The notes under the pieces are model-generated. The model searched no databases. It was given only the letters and a program-made list of their open reading frames with translations, and had not been told where the DNA came from. A DNA stretch of 63,656 nucleotides, counting the filler, from Choristocarpus tenellus KU-1152 (Eukaryota; Protista; Phaeophyceae): assembly GCA_964200185.2 (NCBI GenBank). It is 11 parts of 11 records of this genome, joined end to end, with 100 filler letters (N's around TTAATTAATTAA, not from the genome) between each part and the next. Parts side by side here need not be neighbours in the genome. Positions count along the whole stretch, not along the records: positions 49,934 to 53,135 come from CAXNAD020021581.1; positions 53,236 to 60,974 come from CAXNAD020005656.1; positions 61,075 to 63,656 come from CAXNAD020026558.1; 8 more parts are not named here. One strand, 5' to 3'. Position 1 is the stretch's first letter. Each line of letters starts with the position of its first letter. Positions 49,994-63,656 of the stretch are shown piece by piece. A program made the position numbers and the translations under genes.

Positions 49994-52436
49994 CCCTTAT
50001 TTTTATCATTATTATCATACCACTATCGATATTACTGTTGTTGTATTATTATCATCGCCCATTTCAGACCGTGGTTGAAGAGATAGTCCGAAGAAGTCCA
50101 TACGCACCGCTTCAGAAAGGGCAAGAAGGACCATAAAAGAAAAATCAAAGCAGTGGAGGAAAAGAGGAAAAGAGGAAAAGAGGAAAAAAATAAAATAAAA
50201 GAAAAAAATAATCCTGCAGGAGTAAAACACCCTCACCCAAGAAGCGTTTGGGGAAGAGAAGAAAGAGAATGAGCAAACGGAATGCAAGAGAACAAGCCCA
50301 AAAAGAAAACAGCATTCAGCGGACAGTGGTAGAAGCGTTCTTCCTTATCCGATATGGTACTTGCCCTCTCAAGATTAACTCTGTCGTAATTGGCCATAAT
50401 CTAAGGTCAGAAAGTCTCCAAGATGAGGAAAACACCTCATCGAAATGATCTACATCTAAATAACTGATAAAATGGCCTTGCGGTGATAGAGTACCAGCAC
50501 TGAGATCAGACCGACAACAAGCCATGGTTTTGGTGATGAGTGTGATAGTTGCTTGTGCAAGTTCATACGTAAATATCTCTAGTCCGATGGATGATGTCTG
50601 CACTGATGAAGGAGATCCATTATTAGTGAGGATAATTGTTCAATCCAAATTCTTGATGTTTAGGACTAACGCCTCACCTGCTTAAGTGGAGGGGTCATTG
50701 CCCTGCACTCTTCTTGTGGAAAAGGATCAGTATCCAGCCTGTTTGATAACTGGGTGTTCACTTCTCAAAAAAGTGGAAAATAATCTTACACTTGGAAACT
50801 TGTTTATGAGGCACCCCCGAAAAATACTGGTTACACATTACAACCTCAGAAGATATAGTTGCATTTGTGTTGTATAAACTCGTGATGTTGGTGGTTGTGA
50901 CAACCCAACTGGACCTTGTAGATGCATATAGAGCTAGGGTACCTAGTTTACGAGGTATTCTTCTTAGCCAATCGGCTTTCTTGTCGACCCCATATGTTAA
51001 AGAAATTGATGTCACCAAGGCTTGTGTAAGTAAATAACTCGATAATTCCTTATTTTTTTAGAACAGGTTGTAGATGAAGGAACGTGAAAGGAGGAGTGAA
51101 CATCCAAGCCCAAATGGGGGGGGGTCCTTCCCACAAAATCAATCCTATTCTGTGAATGACTAATCAAACTAATCACAGATTACTTCCTACAATGCTTCCT
51201 ATTCATGAACTGTTCCATATTCTAGTTCTGGAACCCAAACATATCTTCTATTCTTCAGAATACAAATATTTTCTCATCCTTAGATTGTTTCTTCTACAGA
51301 ATCTTCTTTTACGCACGAATAAGAAGCATATTCTTGACACCACAGTATTCTACTATTATATTTCCAGCATTCTTGAGTAAAGAGGGTTGAGGTCCTGACT
51401 CTAAGGAAGGGGGCCAGTGACCCATCTGCGTGAGGAAGAAGGTTCATCCCTGCTGCTCTAAATGATGTGTGTATCCTTCCAGATCTGCCTTTATCCATCC
51501 AATATCTACCAACCTAGATCTTGTTGGACCTGAGTAAAACTACATGTGTTGAGTGTAGATACGTAGACAATTTTGGTGTGTTGATATGTTTACTATGCAC
51601 ACACCCTAGAAGAAAGAAAAGCATGGATGCAAGTATGACAATGGGCACGCCAAAGAGCGTTGAAGAGATTTGAGTCATCACCTACTTGGATGAAGATCAA
51701 AAATATTCTCAAAACACTGTATCGGAATAAGAGGGTCCTGTGCCCCTCAACTCTACAAATATTTATGATTTAGTCTTAGCATCTCTTGAAAACAGAATCA
51801 CCATCTGGTCAACAACAAGGTTTTATGTGATTTGTCTAGTGCTTGCTTGGCCTTGGACTGATGCATTCCCTACCATGCTATCGCCAACATCGCTACTCCT
51901 GACTTCAGCACTATCCTGAAGTCTGAAGTCTACCAGCGAGAGCATCTGCATGATCGTCACTGATCTCTCCAAACAATCTCCCCAAGGTCTTCTGCATAGC
52001 GTTTGGTACTGCTTTTGCAAAGGCTGCATGCACACCTGTCTTTGCACGAAACCTGACAAAATCAAGGGGTCGGATGCAAATGACTCATCAAAAATTAACA
52101 TTAAAGGTTGGGGTGATAGGGTACGTCTTAGGGCATATGCGATCTATTGGCTCAATGTACTTTGGACATGATTCTATTGGTTAAAATGTAGCTGTTTGCA
52201 CAATTGTCCCCATCTCTTAGCTGTGGCATGGCCCAATAGGTGCCCATGGTCCCTGATTTTGATATAACACCACCGAGGAAAAATAGTACAAACCACACCA
52301 TTTCAACACAGCTAGTAGTATCAACCAATCATGATGCTACTGTTGTAGCAGCTGCAAAATACTTTTCAGAGTGCGTCGATGTGGCGTGGAATGCGTATGA
52401 AAGCTGCATGGGAAGCAATAGTCAATCTCCACAGCT

Positions 52437-52462
52437 GAGAGAGAGAGAGAGAGAGAGAGAGA
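52437..52462. repeat. (GA)n microsatellite
   Basis: About 13 GA units, read directly. Confidence 0.9.
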
Positions 52463-52727
52463 GGAACTGATGAAAGAGCTTGATGCAAAGCATGCAAATC
52501 TCGATTCTCGCCATTCAGATAGGTATAGCAAGGGCATGGGCTGCCACTTAGATTTAAGGGCTAAGGCATTGCACTTCTTGTGTCTGGGGGGAAAGATGCA
52601 GGACAACACATCATTAATCAACAGGTTTCGACCAAGTTAGCAGCCACACACCTGCGTCCCTTGTATGCCTTGTCTTCACAATAAGTACTCTACAACTATA
52701 CCTTGTGGAGTGTGAAAGGATAACATT

Positions 52728-52852
52728 TGCACCACAGTATTGATAGTCGGAACAAGGTACATTATGTCTCTATTATGTACTCATCATGCACCACAGTATT
52801 AATAGTTGGAACAAGGTACATTACGTCTCTATTATGTACTCATCATGCACCA
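52728..52852. repeat. 59-bp tandem duplication
   Basis: tgcaccacagtatt(g/a)atagt(c/t)ggaacaaggtacatta(t/c)gtctctattatgtactcatca starts at 52728 and again at 52787. Confidence 0.85.
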
Positions 52853-54247
52853 TAGGCACCACTAGAGGTCGTTGAAGGGTTCAATGAGACAACCAAGTGG
52901 GTCATTGACAAGCCGATTGACACAAATTGACATTGTTCCCTTTAAAAAAAAGTGGGTTAGAAACCCCTTTCATGCCAGATTTTGTTTTTCCGGGTAACCT
53001 GGTTTTGACAATGCAAAGGTGTGACAAGGGGAACAGATTGCACACCTTTACTCTCCTATCTGTTGCTATATTGCAAAGTCAAAGGAAACCCCAAACGGGC
53101 TCAAAGTATCTGAGGGGGAGGGGGTGGATGGGTGGNNNNNNNNNNNNNNNNNNNNNNNNNNNNNNNNNNNNNNNNNNNNTTAATTAATTAANNNNNNNNN
53201 NNNNNNNNNNNNNNNNNNNNNNNNNNNNNNNNNNNCCGGTGATTCTCTTCGCCACCCTTGCCTGAGTGAACCACGCCGCCACAGAATCACACGATTAACA
53301 AAAGCCACTTAAACAATATTCCGTCTAGCAAGTTCATGATCTTTTGTTAATTTGTTCATTTATTTGAAGAACTGTACTCCTGAGTAGAGATAGGGATGGG
53401 TATTGCCTCTCCCAGATTTATATCGATTGATAATGTGGTCTCCTGTGATAGCCATCTTCCAACTAAGGTATACCTTTATGGTGGCCTACCTTGAGAGGAT
53501 GTACTTCAAGGTCTGTTGCTCAGATTACATTTGTTTTTGCGTGCTGAAGTTAACATCTGCTTGGAGTATACAGTGGGTGGTTTGAGGGAACCTGGCAAAC
53601 CCCCCTCATTCACTTTTTGCTTGTTCAATCTTTCCAGAGTGATCTTCTGACGGATTGCTCACCCTCCTGCCTTGTCTCTCTCCGTCCCCTTCCTCCTGTG
53701 GGTCTTCCCGCTCCCCTTTAGTCTGAAGAACCGGTCTGTCTGTTTCCATATGTTTCACAATGGCGACGATGGCAATCGTTCTGAAGTGGGAGACTACTTT
53801 CACAGTACTTTGGGGGAACCTTTAAATACATTACCTGTACTTTGAGGACCACACTTACCCTATTTACGTATGCCACATCACTCTTGACTGGCACATAGTT
53901 CGATCAAGGAGACGAGACAACACGTTCCACACTACAGAGAACCGTTTTCAGATTCTCATCGTGGAAGAATTCAAAGGGAACAAACCAGCCGAACACCTGC
54001 TACCAGCGTTCCATGACAAGCATCCTCTGTCTTTTCATGAAGTTGTTCTAAAAGATGGAACTCTTTCACACTCCTCAACATCTAATGGAAGGGTGTTTGT
54101 TTCTTGTACAGTAGTGGCCTTATATAATATGTGGTATTGTGGTCAAGTTGTACAAAAGGCGATAGTGAAGCCCAATCTGACTAGTTCGTATTTAAATATA
54201 TACCGAGAGCATGTCATGCGTTGTGTTAGGAATTCTTTCAAAAAGGC

Positions 54248-54660
54248 TATTATTTAATTATTATGCCCTCTGACATTTTGCAGATGTATGTGTCAAGTGG
54301 GAAACCAATGAAAACTATACACATGTCGTTATTAGCCCTGAAGAAATAAAATATCCTAAACGTAAGAACACTATAAAACATTGTAAGTGTGGAAACCACT
54401 AATCTATCAGTTACTTCATCACTACAAAATATTTTACTACCGTCTTCCTGTGCTTCCCATCTACCTACTCCTGTGCCGCGGGGGGGGAGCTAGGGGGGCA
54501 TCCCAAGAATCCAACAGACCCCTTCGTGCCCATCTCCCTGGTGACTCTAGTTTAAAGCGCAAGACACGTCGAGACAATGCCATTTGCGTAGTCACCGAAA
54601 CAATTTGGCGTAGCCTGGATTTAACTACTCCTTTCCTGCCATATCCTACCGCTCCTTTTC
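54248..54660 (-). mobile_element. 5'-truncated copy of the RLE-type non-LTR retrotransposon
   Basis: Encodes GAVGYGRKGVVKSRLRQIVSVTTQMALSRRVLRFKLESPGRWARRGLLDSWDA; the 3'UTR, hairpin and TAA-rich tail are as in 35438-35915. Confidence 0.85.
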
Positions 54661-55045
54661 CACAGTATTGATTTAAAAATTTCACAAGTATTATCATTTT
54701 ATTTATAATATGCACATGTTACAACTACATATACTTAATACTACTACAATTGGTTGGGCACGGTGAGTAACGTTTATTGTTATTATTGTGTGTTGCATGC
54801 CTGTCTGTACATCTTATCCGTCTTAACTCGATTTCTCCTGTTCTCCGCCTCTTCCACTCTAAGTTCATTATATCTGAGTCTTGTTTATAACCCTCCCACA
54901 ACACTACCAAGCCTGACAGCCGTGATCCCTTTCGAATCGTGATTGTGAATTATACCCATCGCTGCCAACTTCTATTTCTTCTTGGCTGTCAAAACACTAA
55001 GAGGGACAACAAGAAACAAGGCGAAATAATTTGAAGACTTGCAAC

Positions 55046-56353
55046 ATGTCTGCCTCTAGAAGAGAACCGTCTTACACAGCCTTGCCCGATGAGGACCAGC
55101 AAGAGCGGGTCCAGGAGGAAATCCAGGGAGCGCGAGGGCTCCCAGTCGCAGAAGCTTGCCCAATGAATGATCTTATGCCAGCAGAGCCCACTTCAGGAGG
55201 GGGGAAGGCAGGGGACACGAGTAGTGTCCCACCTCGTCAAAACCATGCTGTGTACCTTGGCAGCCCTCTGAATGGTGCAAGCTACCATATTGCGGCCGCT
55301 GGTAATCCCGGGATGGCGGTGATGACTCAGCCAACAGACTCAGCCGTTGATTCAGAAGTTGGACGAACTACTGTAATCATGGTCCCCGTAAACATCGAGT
55401 GGGGACGTGGGCCCCAACCTTACACATGCCCCAGCTGCCTCTTCCAAGGCTTGACGGAGACGAGCACGGTGAGATGTGGAAGGAGGGAGAAAGGGTTTTC
55501 TTCATTTCGTATGCCTTTCTTAATTGCCAAGGAAGAAATGAGTTTACACTCGTAGATAAGAGCCTGTTTGTATGCTATGGTGCAGTCCTTGTCCGTGAGA
55601 TTTCCTGATTCCTCCCCATTCAAACCATGACGTTCGGTTTGTAATGTTCCACTCGCTCAGCAACAATGGTGCTCTTGAGAATTGAGAAGCAAGGAGAGGA
55701 TATAATGTCTTTAATTCGAGAAGCACAGTGCAATATGACTACTGTAGAAAGGATATTCCAAATACTGTTGATACTGAACAGATACCAAATCTCCTGTTCA
55801 CTTACGCTTCTTTTATTCATATATTTGAGAAATATGTGTGGGACGCAGGAGGTAGTTTCTGAATATTGGCCTGTTGCATGCTAATTACGGAGTGAGAATG
55901 TGACATGGAACGAGTTTATACATATAATGTTTCCTTCAAAGGATCTATTTCCAGCGCGAGTTGGACATGCGTGTTGGCAGGAAGATATGCAGCGGGCTAC
56001 AGTTGGTTAGGCGTTCGTTTATATGAGAGTGATCAGAGGCCTGCAAGATAAATGGATGGTAAACCTACTGTAATCCCCCTTACACGGAATGGACAATGCA
56101 AACTATTGAACGAGATGCACTCATTCCCTGCCCCTCCTATCCCAATACGCGTTCTGTCTTCCTGCCTTCATCCAACCCTGATACATGTGTACAGGATCCA
56201 TGCTCTGCACCTCCTATCCTGACTGCTGCGGTGTGCTGCTTCTGTGGGCTCTGGCCGTGCTCAATCTTCCCTTTCCTTATCCCTGAGTGGCGTGACACTG
56301 TCCATCGATGCCAACAGTGCCACAGAGTGGTGGGACGGCAAAGGCACTGTTGA
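55046..56353 (+). CDS. LITAF/SIMPLE-like zinc ribbon domain protein, 2 exons, 193 aa
   Basis: Exons 55046-55468 and 56195-56353 (TGA), joined by a phase-0 GT-AG intron. Pro/Ala-rich N-terminus, then GPQPYTCPSC..TETST|DPCS, a hydrophobic Cys-rich stretch AVCCFCGLWPCSIFPFLIP, and DTVHRCQQCHRVVG: the CxxC / hydrophobic / HxCxxC LITAF signature. Confidence 0.92.
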
Positions 56354-59300
56354 CTATTCCTTCTACAATCATGCAATGTCAGGTTGTTGCCGGAATACTA
56401 ATATCACCCAAAACATTGGACTGGTCTTTGAAGGGCTCTGTGATGTCTCGTGCTGGAGCAACATCTGCTTGGCAGTTTGTTCTCTCCTGACTCACAAGAA
56501 ATTTCAAAATGTGACGAATGATGTATGTTTGTGACCACACTCTTATTGTGTGGTCACCCCATTAGATGTGAATGGTGTGGTAATCAGAGAGTTATTTTAT
56601 GGATCCCTAATGCATTGTCCTTAGACTGTCCAAGGTGCCTCTCTCTCCCAACTTTCCAGCTGGGTCCTTTCGCTGACCTGCCTTGCATTTTTGTGGCAGC
56701 CTCTTGTGTTCAGGGTTAATTTTTTGCCTCCCATGTTACTGCGAGTCACTTCACCCCTCTTCTGAGGTGCAATCTTGTTGCCATATAGGATCTGTTGAAG
56801 TTAGAGTTAAGGTTTCCTATTGTAAGTATAAAATATGATGCCCAAGCTTTGTTGTTTCGGGTAGTTGTGAAGTGATCGAGTGATTCCAATGCCCCTGTTC
56901 CTTGTGATTTGTGGTAGAGCATAGTACATTCCAGAAGATGAATATCAGTTTCATTATAGAGGAACTTGAATTTAGTACAAGATGAGATGCTTGATGTCCT
57001 TGTCCTTGCATGGACTCCTCTTGTCCTTCATTCTTGTTGGTGTGGGTTGGCTTTCTCTCCTATACTTCAATTATTAAAGAGTGTATATTGTCTTTTTGTA
57101 CTTGTAGAGAAACAAAGTGTTGATAAATTCGGATGTCTTGTTCTTGTGTCCATAATCGTAAAAGCAGGGAACACCAGCTCATGAATACTTTTTTTTGTTT
57201 AACAATACTATGTACAACAGCTCAAATCGGAGATATTTCCATGAGTGCTTTGTCCATGGTCTACAAAGTACTCAGTATCATACAGCCATCTTGTTATTGG
57301 AAATTGGTGTATCTGTTACTTCAGGTGAACCTGTGGGTGGTGATGATTACCCCTCCCCTCTCCTTCATTACATGCCTGAGAGTAATGCTATTGAATAGGC
57401 TATTATTGAGTTGGAAAAGCCCTTATGACTGCCTTGTGTAAATGTATTTTGAGCACTGTAGATAGCTCTTTCGGTGAATAATGTGGTACAGGTAGTTTTC
57501 ACTTCTACACCCACACCCTCCTGGGGGGTTACAGTATTTCAGGCATGGGCATAGTATTTTTCAAAATCCACCTTCATTTTAGTTTATCTCTCTGAAGTTA
57601 TTTTATTATTTCTTGGGTGGTATGAATAGCTCCACTTTGCTTTACAGTATTCTAGGGTGTGAAGTGTTGTCATAATCGATTCTTAGGAATCACACCAAGA
57701 CTGAGGTGAATTTTGCTATAGAGATAAAAAGCAACACTTTTCCAAAGTCTATGCTCTGGTGTTGAGTGAATGGAATGAAGTAGGGTGTTTCTTAATAGAA
57801 AAGATAGAATTTTGGCTGCGCACAAAACGGAAAATAAAACGTTACCAATTTGCAATTGTTAAGAACAGTAAACTGCAAAATGGTTAGATTGTTACAATGC
57901 TTCTAAAACCACAGCATTTGTCCCTTTCCTACACATTCTTGGATAATCTTAACTATTGTTACTAAATGTCGCATTGAACCTCCATGTTAGCGGTGATTGT
58001 TTAATCCCAAATCATTTCCTGCTTGACGATGGCTCAACAGTTATTTTCATTGTTAACCTGTGTGTGCTTGCATATTTGTTGGAGATTCACCCGTATTTTT
58101 TACCCCCATGTCATTATAACGCTTGCATAGCTTGGTTCAAATATTTTTACATTATTTGTGCCATAGCATTTTCTACACATTGGATTTTAAAGAGCAAATG
58201 GCCTTGAGGGGGGCAATGGACATTGCAGAGAAAATAGACTCAACTGTTTGCCAAACAATAGTCATTAGAATGCAAGTAACCCCAATCGTTACCAAAACTA
58301 CAAGTGCTACAGGTCAAATAACCCTGAGCGTTTGGTAGACAACAAACAGTATGAGTGAGTGTTGAAAATGAATGTGTAATTTTTTCTTTTTCAGCACTTC
58401 TTTTTCTGCCACTTTTTTTCCCACTTCTGCCTTCTCTGCTATTAGCTTCTCACCATTATAAATGTCAGCTGTTGACTATTCTGACCCTTGCCTAAACTAA
58501 TGCTTGATAATGTCTTGCCTTATCTGTCCTCTCTCAGTGTCAGTAATATTGAAATGTCAAAATGTTGATGTTGAAATCTACTGAATATTGTTATTTTATG
58601 AACGGTTCATCTGGTCTAGTGTTGGGATGTAATCAAAGAAAACGAGAGATGCTCAAATTTGCATCTTTGGAATGCTGAAAAGTACATGGAAAATTCGACG
58701 CTTTTTACAAATGTGCATCGAGCATTTTCTGAATCGTGTTGGAAAATTTATAAGCAACAGAGAGATAAACACTTCCAAGTCAACCTTTACATCTTTAGAA
58801 ATGTGGGTGGATTGTGGAAGATTCAAAACCAGACTTTAAATGTGATTGGCCAAAACCTGGGTACCTATTAATTTCCTTTGGCTCTTGATGCACCCTGTTT
58901 CACACTAATGATGCTGTTAGATAGTGATAGACGCTGCTGAGCCCTTGCTACTTTTTGTCCTTAAGGCTTCCAAGTTTGTGGTTATCTTTTGACCTAGGTG
59001 TTGATGTGTGCGTACTCTGTATCACGCACAACAGATGTACTGGGAGTTCCACATATTTTGGAAAGAGTTCCTAGAAGACACAGACTAAAGGAGTGTTTGT
59101 CTCTCTGCCAAGTCGACCTTGTCCTTGCTCACCAGCTGACACCGGACACTTTTACTGACCATGGTTTTGAGATGATCAAACCATTGCGTGAAATAGCAAT
59201 AATTGGACAAATAACTGTCGGCATTGTTCTTCCTGCACAATGGGTTTTCTGAGAGACAAATACACTCGAGTGTTTGATGGATGATGACCGTTATTCGGCT

Positions 59301-62300
59301 AGTGGTCTCACACTTCGCCCTGGTAACAGACATTAGCCACAAAAGGCTAAAATAGAACCCCCTCAAAAATAGGACGACTCTTTATCATAGATTATATGCT
59401 TATTTCTTGTTTTGATATATTACAGATGGAGAATATACTTCGAAGTACAACTGTTGTTGAATAGAAACGCTTGCAAAAATTGTCTGTAGTTGTGGTTACC
59501 GTGTTTTCTTGTGTGTTGCTTCTTTCTCCCCCATGACGATATTTGTAAAGTGTTACTGAGCATGTAATAGTACTAATATTATTGAATTTTCATCAAACTC
59601 GTCGACTTCATAACATGATGCATCTCCAGAGACCACCAATACCTAACACCCACGCAATTACTTGTACAATGGCACCTGAGATCAATGTATATATTCCTCT
59701 CAAGTAATGAAACCTCACTGCAAATGAATCAAACCACCGGACTAATGTCACAGCCAAAGTAAAATCAAGATGAGAAAGGGTAATCCCCCTCCAAACGTTG
59801 ATACTTCGGTGATGAACCATCTGTTGAAATATTCCACACTGGACACGCGGTTGTGTGACTTGATAGAGGACAATAAGTGACTTGGTGTAGATACACAATA
59901 TTAATGTTACAACAGACTTATGGTCTCGATTCTACGGACTGAACCTGCGTGGGGAGACTGGTGCAGACTACCTACCATATGGGATTTGCAACGTCCACAT
60001 TGGTGGATAATCAGAAAAGAATACTATCTACATAATATCATATCATATATATATATCATATATATATCATATATCAACGGGTATCTAATATCAAGTCCCT
60101 ACAATACATAAACATTGGGTTGAGCTCAACTGAAATATATGGAAACATTTATCTAGCTCTATCTATCCTCCACTGGTGGTGTGTATAGTGTATCAACAGC
60201 ACTATCCACAAACACTCTCCCTTGCTGCACAGACACTATACATCCTCAAAATATACTGCTCTGAAACTAGAGAAAAAGTTGCTAGCTCTCTCAAAAACAA
60301 TGCCACAAATACACCCTGAAATCAATGTTAACGTTGGGTCTGTGTAGGTACTATAAATCAATAATCAATCTACTACCGTTCCAGTGCAGTCTCTGTGTAA
60401 ACATTCTTTGGTCCATTCTCCTGTAGGTCCTTGACGATACCATGCTGCGTCTCCTACAATCAACAAAATCCTCCCTAGCACATTATTACATGCAATAAAT
60501 AGAAAACAGTAGTTACTGTCAATATTGGCCTGGGGCCATTGAAATCAGCCACCCATCTGTCCTATTGCAGTCTCCTGTGGAAACATTCTCGGGTACTTTC
60601 TCCTGCAGATCCTTAGGAACACCATGTTCGTCTCCCAAGGTCTATGAAGTGGCAGGGTCCCTAGCAATACATGTAGTGTCTCCTACAATCAACAAAATAT
60701 CCCTGATACATCACTACTACAGGTTGTGCAATATAGGCTAGGCAATCTATAGGGATTTATATCTTTAGTGAACAGTGAGATATAACAGGAGTGTTGACTG
60801 AGTAGATTAAGAGTCAAGGACTTTATTTGATGTGTTTCGAGTAGCAGGTTAGAACCTCGAACGATTGATTTCTTATTTTGTTCAATATATGTGGCTGACG
60901 TAGTGCGACTGACACAGACACATTTTGACGTGTCTGATGACGTGCGCAATAGATAATAATATAGCGAAGAGCACNNNNNNNNNNNNNNNNNNNNNNNNNN
61001 NNNNNNNNNNNNNNNNNNTTAATTAATTAANNNNNNNNNNNNNNNNNNNNNNNNNNNNNNNNNNNNNNNNNNNNCCCACCCTCAGATGACACACTTCCTT
61101 TCCCCTCATCCCCCCAATATCATTTCACCTCACTCACAAAACAATCGTACACTCTCTCACATGACCTCACAGGATCCAAAGACAATACCTGTCGACTTTG
61201 GCGGTGCTAGATCATGGCAGTGGAAACCTCTCATGTGTGCCTTGCCTTTGCAAATGACTGCATGGGAGAGTGTTGGGCAGTGAACAAGCATAACAGAGCA
61301 AAATAGAGCAGGGATTTTTAACCTCGAGAAATAAGCATTCATGCGTGGGATGATGGTCTTGCTGTCTTATTCTGCCAATCACCCTATGAAATGGATCACA
61401 TAGGAGGAGGGGTGAGAGGGGGGAGGAGGACACAGCATTGTGTCCAAAACCTTCCGACCTTGACTTTGATTTTTTTACCCTATTCTGAAGGAGTAGGCAA
61501 GAATAGGCTCTTGTACTGTTGCCACCTACGTAGACTGACTCTCCACTCTAGTTTGTTCAGGTTGGTAGGAGAGGAGCACCTCGCCCTTGAGGGAACAGGA
61601 CATGGTTTTATCGACAAGGACAGATAGAGGAAGAGCTGGAAATGGAGGACGGGATTCAGAAGGCGGAATGCAGTGTATTTTTCAGAAGATGCCATCAGCG
61701 GTTTTGCTATTTTGTGCATGGCATACTTCCCTCGTTGGTCGTTTTGTTTCCATTATTGATTCGATGTTCTGGCTGGCGAGGTGTAGCACTCCCTGCCCCC
61801 AACCCATCTGTTCTTTATTTGTAGTGCAACTGCACTGTTTGTGAGGAGTTGGAGTTTTGCCTGTCATGCTTACTTGCTGCTCAGGCACAAAACAGCATCC
61901 GTTGTTGTTATTGCTGCTGCTGTTGCTGCTGTTGCTGCAGCAAGACAACTTTTTTTTTTTACTTGGGTGTTTGAGTGGTAACTACTTCAACGTAGGAGGG
62001 CCAGAGTGATCAAGTTGCTGTGTGCATGCATGTCACCTGCGTGGACAAGCAGGGTTGTTAATTGCAGTACCCTGCTTGTATTGAGAGTATCAGGCAGGGG
62101 TGATTTGGGGTCTCTTCTCTCGAATTTGAATCTCTAGTTGATGTCTACCTGAGGGTGGCCGTGGAGTTGTGCCTTCCAATGAAACCCTGTAGTTAATATG
62201 TGGAGGGTCTACCTATAAACATCACGAAAAGTAGTTTGGGGTGGCTGTGCGTTTCTCATTCATTTTTAGTGCATCCCAGCTCAATGTCGAATTTCTTGCT

Positions 62301-63064
62301 TATGTTCAATAGATTTGAAAGCGCTGTAACAAATTTCTCCCTCATGGGTATCAAAATTCGCTATAAAAGGGTCGGTTTGACCATTCGAACACTGCAGTTG
62401 ATAAAACGGGAAGTTTATGTCATCATTGATGACTTGGTGCTCCCCAGACCACTTTGTAGTGCACACCTCATGCAGATTGACAATGAGCATAGCCACCAGA
62501 TAATTGCACTCAGGTGACTGAAATTGCCTGTGGTCCACAGAACTTCTTCCTCTGGATGGGGTACTTGGGCTACGGGTGGTGTGCTCTTCATCTCCTGATA
62601 GTAGTATGAACTATTACATACTCTAGAGTACATGATAACTACACAGGCATTTGAGGACTTAAACGTTTTGCAACCCTTTTGGTGTGGTGACACTAATTTC
62701 TTGCATCCTATTTCGAATACTTTGGAACCTGCCTGCTTCCTAGGTGCATTATTTACATAACCTGCTCAGAAAGTGAGTACTGCTCTAACATGTACCTCTT
62801 CTGCTTAGGACAGAGCATGATATGAGCTTTTTTTTGTTATTGAGGTGTATCATTTGTGTGCCCTCCTCCCCCCCCCCCCCCCCCCCCCCCTGCGGGCTCT
62901 TGCTCCTTCTCCCCCTTTGTACTTGAGAAATAATTTTATACTTTTNNNNNNNNNNGGTGTATCATTTGTGTGCCCTCCTCCCCCCCTCCCCCCCAACCCT
63001 TGGTGCGAATTTGCCCCCTTGTCCAAATTATACTGGGAAACACTATTTCAAAATGTATGTACGT

Positions 63065-63532
63065 ATTATCTTATTATGTCTGTGATATTTTACAGATGTG
63101 TCAGGGGAAAAATTAATGAAAACTATACACATGTCATAAGAATCCAAAAGAAGTAACAGTTATCACAAATGTGAAAAACATTTGTCTATTTTCTACTTTA
63201 CTACCATCAATGCTCTACCACTGTCTTCCTGTGTCTCTAACCTACCTATTCCTGCACCCCAGGGTGAGGAGCTAAGGAAGCATACCAAGAATCTAACAAG
63301 CCCCTCCTTGTCCATCTCCCTGATGACTCCAGCTTAAAACGGATGACACGTGTAGACATGGCCACCTGCGTTGTTACCAAGACTACTTGTCGTAGGCAGG
63401 ATTTGACCGCCCCTTTCCTACTGTCGCCTCCAGTTCCTCTCCCCCCTACCACGTGCGTAGCTAGCTAGCTCATCCAGGAAACGTTCCGCTTGCATGCCAA
63501 GGCGCCCAAAAATTTCCACCGCGAAGGTGTTG
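63065..63532 (-). mobile_element. 5'-truncated copy of the RLE-type non-LTR retrotransposon
   Basis: Encodes NTFAVEIFGRLGMQAERFLDELA..HVVGGRGTGGDSRKGAVKSCLRQVVLVTTQVAMSTRVIRFKLE; the 3'UTR and hairpin are at 63080-63107. Confidence 0.85.
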
Positions 63533-63656
63533 GTATTATAACTACAAGGATCAAAAGAGCATTAGGAACCCTATTTCCAAATGTATCTAAGTATTTGTGG
63601 AAAGCATGTTTGTCTGTTATTATACCGTATTGCTCGTATGACATATACCGTTATAC

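Noticed and set aside
56800-60000. Possible Tc1/pogo-like remnants downstream of LITAF (also 7700-8200, 14780-15250, 38000-39500)
   Set aside because: No catalytic motif could be read with confidence; left uncalled.
22070-61074. Regularly recurring TTAATTAATTAA palindrome between N runs
   Set aside because: Artificial six-frame-stop contig spacer, not biological.
34979-63532. All six RLE-LINE pieces lie on the minus strand
   Set aside because: They lie on five contigs whose relative orientation is unverified and the sample is small, so this is compatible with chance.

Overview
Intron-rich, repeat-dense eukaryotic genomic DNA, most consistent with a brown alga or close stramenopile relative (inferred from gene style, TTAGGG-like tracts and retroelement families; not proven). 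Ten 100-nt N44-TTAATTAATTAA-N44 spacers split the window into 11 contigs, so adjacency across spacers is not established. Four spliced genes were reconstructed by hand: a class IV/HDAC11-like Zn deacetylase (minus strand, last exon missing), a divergently transcribed secreted 2OG-Fe(II) oxygenase-like gene, the 3' part of a CbbY-like HAD phosphatase, and a two-exon LITAF zinc-ribbon gene. There is also a 1.2-kb terminal exon of an unknown gene. The rest is largely transposon debris: a Tc1/mariner pseudogene, Ty3/Gypsy RT and RTE LINE remnants, six 3' pieces of an RLE-type non-LTR retrotransposon with a 3' hairpin and (TAA)n tail, and an abundant MITE/TIR group (G-N4-AAAGTATCT termini, apparent 3-bp TSD) that I cannot place in a named superfamily. 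That TIR group is the best candidate for something undescribed. No prokaryotic-type system, CRISPR array, rRNA or tRNA was seen.
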